DNA of 64,000 nt, taken from a virus. A program made the position numbers and the translations under genes. Below the pieces are notes generated by a model. That model was not told where the DNA came from. It did not search any database and saw only the letters and a list, made by a program, of their open reading frames with translations. This document shows positions 7,336-15,943 of the stretch, in pieces (position 1 is the stretch's first letter; every line of letters begins with the position of its first letter). The DNA lies in the IMG/VR virus record IMGVR_UViG_3300037264_004923, positions 1 through 64,000 of that record; one strand, written 5' to 3'.

Positions 7336-8235
7336 ATGCGAACGATAGAGCAAGCAAAGACAGATGTCGCCGCTATCATAGGACGATGGCAAGTAGACGA
7401 TCTGCATGAGGGACATAGGACCCTCATCAACGAGGTCAAAGCTCAGCATCGAAAGGTGTTGATCTTCGTGGGTGTTCCGGATGTTCTTGGCTGTGTCGAG
7501 AATCCTCTGGACTACCCCACTCGGGCTGCGATGATTCTGCAGCATTACCCAGACGCTGTGGTTCTTCCTCTCCGTGATCAACACTCGGATGAGGACTGGA
7601 GCCGCCTCCTGGATTCTCTGATCCGAACCGCCGCTCCTATCGGAGAGGTAACCCTGTACGGTGGGCGAGATTCTTTCATTCGCCACTACACAGGAAAATT
7701 CAAGACGATCGAACTGGACGCCCTGCGCCACCCAAATGGTACCGAAATCCGAGAGGAGGTCGGTCGGGAGGTGCGGGCGTCTTCTGATTTTAGGGCAGGT
7801 GTAATCTACTCCTCCTTCAATCAGTACAAGCGCGTCCACATGGTCGTAGACATCGCGATCCTCCGTGGGGATAAAGTTCTGCTCATCCAGAAGCCTGGAG
7901 AGAGTACCGTGGGCTTCTGCGGTGGCTTCGTGGATGGTACCGACACCTGCTTGGAGTCTGCAGCTCGAAGGGAAGCCAAGGAAGAGACTGGTATCTTTCC
8001 GGAGACGGTCGAGTATCAAGGAACATTCATCATTCCGGATCGTCGAATGGGAAAGAACGATGTTATGATGTCTGCCTTCTTCATCGGAAAGACCATGACC
8101 AACACGATGATAAAGGTGTGTAAGGAGGAGCTTGCTGGGGCGGAGTGGTATCCGATCGCGGATCTACGCAAGCTCTCCTGGTTTCGAAATCACGTCCCAA
8201 TGTTCGAGGCCCTGTGCAAGAAGCTCGGGGTCTGA
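7336..8235 (+). CDS. nadM: Bifunctional NMN adenylyltransferase / NUDIX (ADP-ribose) hydrolase
   Basis: IGRWQ..LHEGH (HxGH) with NPL motif; C-terminal NUDIX box GGFVD..E.AARREAKEETG. Confidence 0.92.
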   Translation: MRTIEQAKTDVAAIIGRWQVDDLHEGHRTLINEVKAQHRKVLIFVGVPDVLGCVENPLDYPTRAAMILQHYPDAVVLPLRDQHSDEDWSRLLDSLIRTAAPIGEVTLYGGRDSFIRHYTGKFKTIELDALRHPNGTEIREEVGREVRASSDFRAGVIYSSFNQYKRVHMVVDIAILRGDKVLLIQKPGESTVGFCGGFVDGTDTCLESAARREAKEETGIFPETVEYQGTFIIPDRRMGKNDVMMSAFFIGKTMTNTMIKVCKEELAGAEWYPIADLRKLSWFRNHVPMFEALCKKLGV

Positions 8236-8238
8236 GAA

Positions 8239-8300
8239 ACGAGTGGTGATCCTACTCACGTCTGTCTTCGAACAGACGACGCACCTACGGGTGCGGTGAA
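8239..8300 (+). promoter_or_regulatory. Candidate cis-regulatory three-stem RNA, copy 2 (leader of NAMPT)
   Basis: AC-GAGT..ACTC-A-CGTCTGT..ACAGACG-A-CGCACC..GGTGCG-GTGAA. Confidence 0.6.
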
Positions 8301-8310
8301 AGGAAATGCA

Positions 8311-9684
8311 ATGAACAAGCTACTTCTCACGGATTCGTACAAGCTCACACACTGGAAGCAGTACCCCCCAGGAACGGAAAAGGTTTACTCCTACTTCGAA
8401 TCACGGGGCGGACTCTTCGAAGAGACCGTGTTCTTCGGTCTCCAGTATTATCTCCAGAAGTACCTGGCAGGCAGCTTCGTCAGTCTGGATGACGTGTACT
8501 CCGCCGAGTACTTCTGCGAGCAGCACTTCGGACGTCCAGGCCTGTTCAATCGAGAGGGTTGGAACTATATCGCCTGGGAGCATGGCGGAAAACTTCCAGT
8601 TAGCATCAAGGCGGTTCCGGAAGGGACGGCGGTACCCACAGGCAATGTTCTGATGACCATCGAGAACACGGATCCCAAGGTTCCGTGGTTGACCAACTTT
8701 CTCGAGACCATGCTGGTTCAGGTATGGTATCCAATGACGGTTGCCACTTTGTCCCGCGAAATGAAAAAGCTCATTCGTGCCCATCTGGCGAAGAGCGGAG
8801 ATCCGTCTACAATCGACTTCAAGCTCCATGATTTCGGCTTTCGAGGAGTGTCCAGTGTGGAATCCGCCGGGCTTGGTGGGGCAGCGCACCTTGTAAATTT
8901 TCAGGGGACTGACACCCTAGCCGGGATCGTGCTTGCACAGGAGCACTATGGTCTGGGTTTGAAGATGGCAGGGTTCTCTATCCCGGCTTCGGAACACTCT
9001 ACGATTACTTCGTGGGGCAGAGAGCACGAGGCCGATGCATACGAGAATATGCTCACCCAGTTCCCGGATGGTTTGGTTGCCTGTGTCTCAGACTCCTACA
9101 ACATCTTCGACGCATGCTCCTCTCTCTGGGGAGATAAACTCAAAGAGAAGGTACTGGGTAGGAACGGTACCCTCGTGGTACGCCCCGACTCAGGCGATCC
9201 TCCAACAGTGGTGGGTCAGGTTTTGGATGCGCTCGGTGAAAAGTTTGGCTACACCACCAACGCCAAGGGGTTCAAGGTTCTTCCTCCCCAGGTTCGCGTG
9301 ATTCAAGGAGACGGGATCGACTATACGATGACCCGTCAGATTCTGGAAGTCATGAGCCTGAAGGGTTGGGGTGCCGACAACATCGCCTTCGGAATGGGCG
9401 GGGCCCTGCTGCAGAAGCTCGATCGCGACACTCAAAAGTGCGCCTTCAAGTGTGCAGAAGTGGTCGTAAATGGAGAGTCTCGCAAGGTCTCCAAGGACCC
9501 GGTAACCGACCCCGGCAAGCGTTCCAAAGCGGGACGCATGAAGCTGGTGAAAACCGAAAGAGGAGGCTTCACTACAGTAGATGCCGACCTTCAGGTTGAA
9601 GATCAGTTGGTTGAGGTTTTCCGCAACGGAGAAGTCCTGAAGACATATACCTTCGATGAAGTACGGGCACGCGCTGCCCTGTAG
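8311..9684 (+). CDS. nadV: Nicotinamide phosphoribosyltransferase (NAMPT)
   Basis: TDSYKLTH, LHDFGFRGVSS, IPASEHS, VRPDSGD, IQGDGI, FGMGGALLQ motifs. Confidence 0.97.
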   Translation: MNKLLLTDSYKLTHWKQYPPGTEKVYSYFESRGGLFEETVFFGLQYYLQKYLAGSFVSLDDVYSAEYFCEQHFGRPGLFNREGWNYIAWEHGGKLPVSIKAVPEGTAVPTGNVLMTIENTDPKVPWLTNFLETMLVQVWYPMTVATLSREMKKLIRAHLAKSGDPSTIDFKLHDFGFRGVSSVESAGLGGAAHLVNFQGTDTLAGIVLAQEHYGLGLKMAGFSIPASEHSTITSWGREHEADAYENMLTQFPDGLVACVSDSYNIFDACSSLWGDKLKEKVLGRNGTLVVRPDSGDPPTVVGQVLDALGEKFGYTTNAKGFKVLPPQVRVIQGDGIDYTMTRQILEVMSLKGWGADNIAFGMGGALLQKLDRDTQKCAFKCAEVVVNGESRKVSKDPVTDPGKRSKAGRMKLVKTERGGFTTVDADLQVEDQLVEVFRNGEVLKTYTFDEVRARAAL

Positions 9685-9693
9685 GAACAGACG

Positions 9694-10809
9694 ATGAGCG
9701 ATTGGAAGATCGCCCTCCTTCACACCCGCCCGAACACTCTCTTGAAGAGGGTGTTCGAGGCGGCTTTTCCGGGCAGAGTCCGATCGATTCATGCCCCCGC
9801 TCTTCGTAGGGACACCACCTACGAGTATGACGTCTCTCATGGAGAACTACTGGATTACTTCCGCAGGTATGTTCATGACCCTGGTTTCTGGGATGGGCGA
9901 GTACTAACCGTCTACGGAGACGGAGAGTTCCACCACTACACGTATGCACTCACGAAATTGGCGGCGGAACGAAGAGGCTTGGACGGGCCGGAAAGGAACT
10001 GGACTTACTTCCACATTGACAATCATCGAGACGATTGGGGGCGAAGAGCCCCGAACGGCACAACCCAGACCGTAGACTGCGCGAGCTTCGTAGATTCCAT
10101 TGCCTACCATCACGGGGCCGTTCCTTTCTTCGTAGGGCCCGACGCCTATCCTTACAAGGATGCGGTAGGCTATCGAATCCGCGCCGAGGAAATTCCCATC
10201 TACTCCAACTACTTCACGAAGCGCCTGCAAAGAAGCAGGAACTGGGCAGGCATCAAACTCCTCCCGATCACCAGCGGCAACAAGTGGGAGGATGATGCAG
10301 AAGGAAAGGCTGTCGAGTTCACTGGAGGTGAGCTCCCTGCAATCCCCGATCTTCGTGAGACCCCAGCCGAAGCCTATCTCTCCTTCGATCTGGACTATCT
10401 TTCTCCCACGGACATCGTGACGAATTTCCCACAGAATGAACACATCACTACACGGCGTGTGTGTAAGATTCTGGATCGAATCCGCCCCTTCAAGCGTGTA
10501 TTCTCGGCAGACATGCTGGGCTTCCCGGATAGTTGCCGACATCCTCTGTCGGCTCTGACGATGGTGATCTTGGCTAGGAAGGTCATGGGGCTGGGAGTGG
10601 AGAAGCTTCTGCAGTACCAAGACTACGCCAAGCGTCGCCAAGCCCTCTGGATTGGAAACACACACAAGAAGACATTCCAATATACCGGAGCAAACGGAAA
10701 GTTGTGGGCGTCAAAATTCACTGATGACTCGTATCCAGACTTCTACCTCTCAGAACGAGAGAGGAAGTCTCCCATTGAAGAGGGTGAACTCCTGGAAGTT
10801 CTCCGGTAG
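9694..10809 (+). CDS. Arginase/ureohydrolase-fold protein
   Basis: GDGEFHH, HIDNHRD (DxHxD), CASFV and YLSFDLDYL (DxD) metal-binding motifs. Confidence 0.65.
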   Translation: MSDWKIALLHTRPNTLLKRVFEAAFPGRVRSIHAPALRRDTTYEYDVSHGELLDYFRRYVHDPGFWDGRVLTVYGDGEFHHYTYALTKLAAERRGLDGPERNWTYFHIDNHRDDWGRRAPNGTTQTVDCASFVDSIAYHHGAVPFFVGPDAYPYKDAVGYRIRAEEIPIYSNYFTKRLQRSRNWAGIKLLPITSGNKWEDDAEGKAVEFTGGELPAIPDLRETPAEAYLSFDLDYLSPTDIVTNFPQNEHITTRRVCKILDRIRPFKRVFSADMLGFPDSCRHPLSALTMVILARKVMGLGVEKLLQYQDYAKRRQALWIGNTHKKTFQYTGANGKLWASKFTDDSYPDFYLSERERKSPIEEGELLEVLR

Positions 10810-10873
10810 AGAAGTATCAAAACTTTCGGCGGGAAAATAGATTCCCGTCTATCAATGAAAGAGGAAATAGATA

Positions 10874-11827
10874 ATGTCTTCTGGACCGCGTTGGAATGAT
10901 CTCTACACCGATCAACCCACACTGGAATTCGAAGCGAGCGTTCGGTATCGGGGACAGAACAGTCGAGTAGACTCCGAGGGTAGGGATTGCCGTGAAGCTC
11001 TGATCTACGACATCGGAGACTGGATGGGACAGCTCACAGTCGCCGACGTGAACGAAGAAGACGAGTACGATCCTACGCCTTGGAAGAAAAAGAAAGCAGA
11101 TCTCAAGCCGTCCCCTCCGTCCAAGCACAAGATTGAGCTGAACGTGGAATCTCTCCGGCAAGCCGGGAGTACGAAGCTCACCCTCTATGTCGATGAAGAC
11201 AACATGTGCATGCGAGAATGCTGCCGAGGAAATTTGGTACATACACTCAATTCCCTAGTGTCTCTTCCCGGCCTGCTTCTCAATCCGGATAGATACACAG
11301 GGGATTGGTGGGAGCAGACCGAAGAGCAGATATTTCAGAGGATGAGCAAGCATAAACTTGGGTATTACGGAAACCCTGTTTTCGAGTACTGGGGTGCCGA
11401 CAACTCCATCCTTCAACATCCGGCCCTTGTCTCCATTACGTTCGGCTTATTCCGCCAAGCAGTAGATCTACACACACATGGAATGGCTGACGAACTTACA
11501 AAAGTGGTTTCTCCAAGAGAAGTTCGTACCGCCCTGTTCAACTCTAACGAGAAGGCAGCGCTGAAACTCGTACAGAAAATCAAGCCCTGGCTGTACCGTC
11601 CAACAACGAACACATACTTTCCTCTCAGCGGGCCGGGAAAGTGGGAGCTTTTCCTGAATCTTCACAAGGCTCTCTACAAGCACGGGTTCAAGGCCGTGTT
11701 CGGTGAGGTTGAGGATGCTTGGCAACTTGCATCCCGAGGAATCAAGAACCTCAACGGCTCACATACCTACTTTCAGAACAGAACGAAGGTAGAGAACGTG
11801 AATAGGTTGGCCGCAAAAGCAGCCTGA
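10874..11827 (+). CDS. Divergent COOH-NH2 ligase type 2-like protein
   Basis: FEYWGADNSILQHPAL aligns by eye with FEYRVLSGLWLVHPAL of 28065-29330; paralog of 11943-12950. Confidence 0.5.
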   Translation: MSSGPRWNDLYTDQPTLEFEASVRYRGQNSRVDSEGRDCREALIYDIGDWMGQLTVADVNEEDEYDPTPWKKKKADLKPSPPSKHKIELNVESLRQAGSTKLTLYVDEDNMCMRECCRGNLVHTLNSLVSLPGLLLNPDRYTGDWWEQTEEQIFQRMSKHKLGYYGNPVFEYWGADNSILQHPALVSITFGLFRQAVDLHTHGMADELTKVVSPREVRTALFNSNEKAALKLVQKIKPWLYRPTTNTYFPLSGPGKWELFLNLHKALYKHGFKAVFGEVEDAWQLASRGIKNLNGSHTYFQNRTKVENVNRLAAKAA

Positions 11828-11834
11828 ACTACTT

Positions 11835-11917
11835 GGGCGGGTGGTGTAATGGCAGCCACGAGGGACTTAAAATCCCTTGCTCGTAAGAGCGTACGGGTTC
11901 GAGTCCCGTCCCGCCTA
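11835..11917 (+). tRNA. tRNA-Leu(TAA), no encoded CCA
   Basis: GGGCGGG/CCCGCCT acceptor, CTTAAAA loop, long variable arm, A73. Confidence 0.93.
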
Positions 11918-11942
11918 CTACTCTTGAGTTAGGAGTTAGATT

Positions 11943-12950
11943 TTGAGCGATACAGATAAGCATCCTTTGACGGATGCTCCAGGTTGGGTCTTTACGCAAC
12001 CGTACATGGATGTACATTCCTCAGTTATGATCAAGGATCTGAAGACCGAAGAGGAATCCAAGATCAACATCCACTCCTACGCCTATTGTCGCGAGGGTTC
12101 GATATCCGAGATCCGAACTGCCCTGCAAAGAAAATGTACAAATCAGGTCAAGAAAGGCGACAAGGCTTGGGAGGTTGCCCTAAAACCAACCCACGACATA
12201 ATCCTGAACGACCCGCGTTGCCTTGGTGCTGGGGATACGGTTCTGTCTATACACGACACTTTCGACTATAAGACCAAGCAATATGGCCTCAAGGATGAGG
12301 AGGTCGAGGGGTTCCTTCAAGTATGCGATGCCATTGTAGGCATTCCAGCCCTCCTGTTGAACCCAAACAGAAAGCCGGGATACTGCTGGAGAGCTGACCT
12401 TGGTGAGGCTATCAAGCCACAGCTTGGTAACAGTAGGTACATCGGCTGGAATGGCGCCGATAACAGTCTCCTTCGACACCCTGCACTTTTCACCAGCATA
12501 ACTGGTCTGTTTCGCCAAGCCTTCTGGTTGTGCAAGGCAGGATACGGAGACCGGATACTCAAGGATCTGGATTACAGACGCGTGGAAAAAGTACTTACTG
12601 ATCCAAGTTGGAAGGAAGCACTGGAACTGGCCGAGTCTCTGAAGACTTGGATCTCCGTACCTACTCCAGCGGGTGGATCTTTCCACAACGTGTCCTTTCC
12701 CTGGTACCCAAGGACGTCAAAACAGGTTAGCTACTGGCAGCGTTTCATCAGGCTTCAACGTGCTCTTCATCATCACTCAACCGATGAGGTTTTTGGTGGG
12801 GACATTTTCGAAGGCTGGACACTCTTGAACAAGGGAACTCAGTTTAGTGGGGCCTTTACTTACTGGGGAGAGGCAGGAAAACTTACTCCCGCACATAAGC
12901 ACTTGATGGGGTTGGGTAAGCCCAAGGAGAAGAAGAATGAAGCGGAATAA
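11943..12950 (+). CDS. Divergent COOH-NH2 ligase type 2-like protein (paralog of 10874-11827)
   Basis: Shares PxLLLNP and GADNSxLxHPALxxxxxGLFRQA with 10874-11827; AGGAG RBS before the TTG start. Confidence 0.5.
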   Translation: MSDTDKHPLTDAPGWVFTQPYMDVHSSVMIKDLKTEEESKINIHSYAYCREGSISEIRTALQRKCTNQVKKGDKAWEVALKPTHDIILNDPRCLGAGDTVLSIHDTFDYKTKQYGLKDEEVEGFLQVCDAIVGIPALLLNPNRKPGYCWRADLGEAIKPQLGNSRYIGWNGADNSLLRHPALFTSITGLFRQAFWLCKAGYGDRILKDLDYRRVEKVLTDPSWKEALELAESLKTWISVPTPAGGSFHNVSFPWYPRTSKQVSYWQRFIRLQRALHHHSTDEVFGGDIFEGWTLLNKGTQFSGAFTYWGEAGKLTPAHKHLMGLGKPKEKKNEAE

Positions 12951-13392
12951 GCTTCTGGATCTCCTCGTGGAGAAAATGGGACAAGAAGAAGTAGAGTTCG
13001 TCATTCCGCACCCGCTCCTGCCCCCTCGCTATCGCAAATTCTGTGAGAACCAAAACATGATCGTCACCCTGGACATCGAGAATACGATCCAACTTCGATG
13101 GGAGAACGCTCGGCTGTCCACGTGGATGTCTCCTACACCAGGGGAGTTTCGCACGATCATAAGCTACGCCCTGAAGAAGCTCCAGAAGTATCGCAGAGAT
13201 TTGCAGACCTTCGGGAACTTCGTAGATCACGTGGCGGAAGCTCCCTTTCAGGATCCCATCTTCGACGATGGCGAGATCGCAAAGGCAAAGGTCGCAGAGA
13301 AGAAGGGAGTTGCACCCAGTGGGTCTGTTCCTACGATTAGATTTCCTTTCATGGGGGGAGGAGAGTCTCCCCTCCCAACCTGGGGCTTCTAA
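12937..13392 (+). CDS. Hypothetical protein
   Basis: AAGGAG RBS, overlaps the upstream stop. Confidence 0.65.
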   Translation: MKRNKLLDLLVEKMGQEEVEFVIPHPLLPPRYRKFCENQNMIVTLDIENTIQLRWENARLSTWMSPTPGEFRTIISYALKKLQKYRRDLQTFGNFVDHVAEAPFQDPIFDDGEIAKAKVAEKKGVAPSGSVPTIRFPFMGGGESPLPTWGF

Positions 13393-14049
13393 ATGAAGAA
13401 GAAGATCATCTACATTATGGACATGGAGTCTTCCCTGTCTGATGCGCTTGTAAGGCGAGTGATCGACATGGGACAGTACATTCATTTCCGTAAGTGGGAT
13501 ATGAAGGTGGATGCTGCCGCCGAGGTCGCAGCCTACAAAGACGAAATCGGTGGACTGATCATCTCTGGTAGTGCCAAGAACATCAACAGCCAGAAGCACG
13601 CACCTCCCATGATCCCACCTGAACTATTCCAAGTACAGGTTCCGATCTTGGCGATCTGCTATGGTATGCAATACCTTGCCCACATTCAAGGGGTTCCTAT
13701 CGTTCGCTGCTGGGACGAACAAGATCCGGCAAAAAGAACAGGCAAGTCTGCCAAGAAGGATGAGGGAGAACAGGGTGTTGCCCTCTTCCGTCAGTACGAG
13801 AGATCGAAGCTGTTCCTAGGACTGGGAGAAAAGTTCCCAGTCTGGATGAAGCACAACTGGATGCTACAAGAAGTCCCCCCAGGCTGGAAGCACACAGGAG
13901 GAACTGACCGATGCCCCGTGGCCGCCATGGAATTCGGAAATACCTACGCGGTCCAGTTCCATCCGGAGCCCTCGAACTCACTCTTCGGGCGCGCCATCCT
14001 TCACAACTTTTTCACCCACATCTGTGGACTCGACACCCCTTACTTCTAA
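13393..14049 (+). CDS. Stand-alone class I glutamine amidotransferase (GuaA N-domain-like)
   Basis: GLIISGS, PILAICYGMQ (catalytic Cys), VQFHPE (His-Glu). Confidence 0.9.
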   Translation: MKKKIIYIMDMESSLSDALVRRVIDMGQYIHFRKWDMKVDAAAEVAAYKDEIGGLIISGSAKNINSQKHAPPMIPPELFQVQVPILAICYGMQYLAHIQGVPIVRCWDEQDPAKRTGKSAKKDEGEQGVALFRQYERSKLFLGLGEKFPVWMKHNWMLQEVPPGWKHTGGTDRCPVAAMEFGNTYAVQFHPEPSNSLFGRAILHNFFTHICGLDTPYF

Positions 14050-14061
14050 GGAATACGGAGC

Positions 14062-15069
14062 ATGTCATTACAAGAAAGACGGATCAGTGCCTTCATCCCT
14101 AGCGTCGGAAAGAGACTCAACGGAATTCTGTGTGGGATCTACAAGAGGACCTTAACCAAAACAAAGGTCGCGCCTCAACAGCAACTGATGGTCGTCGATC
14201 AGGGATTCCCGATTCTTAAGAGTTGTTTAGAAATCGGTATTATACATTCGACGCTCTACGTCGACATGGCCTACGGCTCCAATAATGAAATCAGAATCTT
14301 GGAGGCATCGAGACCCGAGACTTGGGAGCATGTCCCGCAGAACGTCGGTGTATATGCCAGCCGAGACTTTGAGTACGACGGGGTTTACTTTCCTAAGTGG
14401 ACGGCTGGGCGTGTATCCGTTTTTACATCTCCCAACATGGTTCGGGTGCTGTGGGAGCATTCCATTCTCGGCGACCGCTGGATCGGGCTTGACCACGAGA
14501 AGTTTTCCAACCTCGCCTACTGGGAAGTGCCATCGGAATACTTGGAGTTCGGTACCATAGACCTACGGCTCGGTAAAGTTACCCATGCTTGGGGACCAAA
14601 CAAAGTACCCCCAGCTTCTTTCAAGAAGAAGTTCCAAGTCGGGGATATGGTCACATACGTTTCACCAAGATCTCACAGAATAGTCGGAAACGATGGTCAT
14701 AGTCACACCATGGGTTACGGAACGATCCTCAAGGTTATAGTCGCTAATCGCGGCGCGACTGGTGTCACCCTTATCGGCAACTGCCAGAGCGAAATAATTG
14801 GTGCTAACGCCCAATTAGATTCCAACCTTCTCGCCCCGTTCTTATTTCCTTGGTTCCCTGAAGGGGAGAAGGTAAGGGTTACTAAGGAGGTCATGTTTCA
14901 AAAGAGATCCCTACAGGATCAGATCGGGATCGTTCTTTCCTCAACAGACCAGGACGGGGATGTGGGGATTCAGTTCCAAGAAGACATTGGAGCTGGATCT
15001 CTCGATGGTTTGGGCCCGGATGGTAGATGCTTGTTTGTTCCCTCGAAGGCTTTAGAGATTTCAGGGTAG
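14062..15069 (+). CDS. Hypothetical protein, possibly with SH3-like beta-barrel repeats
   Basis: 335 aa; FQVGDMV and FPEGEKVRV segments. Confidence 0.6.
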   Translation: MSLQERRISAFIPSVGKRLNGILCGIYKRTLTKTKVAPQQQLMVVDQGFPILKSCLEIGIIHSTLYVDMAYGSNNEIRILEASRPETWEHVPQNVGVYASRDFEYDGVYFPKWTAGRVSVFTSPNMVRVLWEHSILGDRWIGLDHEKFSNLAYWEVPSEYLEFGTIDLRLGKVTHAWGPNKVPPASFKKKFQVGDMVTYVSPRSHRIVGNDGHSHTMGYGTILKVIVANRGATGVTLIGNCQSEIIGANAQLDSNLLAPFLFPWFPEGEKVRVTKEVMFQKRSLQDQIGIVLSSTDQDGDVGIQFQEDIGAGSLDGLGPDGRCLFVPSKALEISG

Positions 15070-15106
15070 AGGAAGTATTTTCTCCGTCTTTTTAGAGGGG
15101 GTCCCC

Positions 15107-15907
15107 TTGCAACCGTTGGTTCCTAAGATCAGGGTTGGCGAAGTTCTCCGTGGCACACGCAACTTACGCCACTGGCTTCGTACCGCGTCTATTCTGTATA
15201 ACATGGAACTATATAGCGGGCAGGGAGTCAATGCTTCCGCTCTCGTGAAAGAGCTGTACACGCCGCAGAAAGATGATACCTTCGTGGTGGCTGCCAACAC
15301 GCCATTCTGTTTCTGTGTGTGGTCCGCTAGGAAAAACATCACTCTGGTTTTCATCAATCCGCACGGCAAATACTTACCGAATGGCCAGCCCTACATGAGT
15401 CCCGACCTGTTCGCCACGTGGTTTGTACGCACGGGTGGGTATTTTCTGGATCTGAATCAATGGCCTAATTACGCCTACTACTTATGGGTGATGGTTCAGA
15501 TGAACGCTCTTACCCTTCCTAACGAAGCGCATGCCATAAGACTGAGCAGTACCCATGCTTATCCTTTCCAATTCCATAACGACGTGAACAACGTTCAGGT
15601 TCGCGACAACGTAGCCAAATACGTTCAACAATCCGCCACTCGGGGACGTCTCCGCTATGCGAACTTGAAGACTTGGCACACAAAACTATACGGGGAGTCT
15701 TTCGTCGGGTACGGTCCTCTGATAAAGCAGATTTTGAGTATGCAAGTCGACATTAGGTCGTATCTGTCCAATCCAAGAAGCATCATGAAGACGAAGCACG
15801 GATCGCGCAATGACCTCCTCCAAACGAAGATACTTGAAGTGCTGCAGTGCTATAGCGAAAATCCTGAAGTTGGTATCGAATTCATCATCAAGAATCTTCT
15901 GTACTGA
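15107..15907 (+). CDS. Hypothetical protein
   Basis: 266 aa ORF directly upstream of the RNA polymerase. Confidence 0.65.
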   Translation: MQPLVPKIRVGEVLRGTRNLRHWLRTASILYNMELYSGQGVNASALVKELYTPQKDDTFVVAANTPFCFCVWSARKNITLVFINPHGKYLPNGQPYMSPDLFATWFVRTGGYFLDLNQWPNYAYYLWVMVQMNALTLPNEAHAIRLSSTHAYPFQFHNDVNNVQVRDNVAKYVQQSATRGRLRYANLKTWHTKLYGESFVGYGPLIKQILSMQVDIRSYLSNPRSIMKTKHGSRNDLLQTKILEVLQCYSENPEVGIEFIIKNLLY

Positions 15908-15943
15908 TATTTTTACCTAACTCCCTGATAAAGGTAAAACAAG

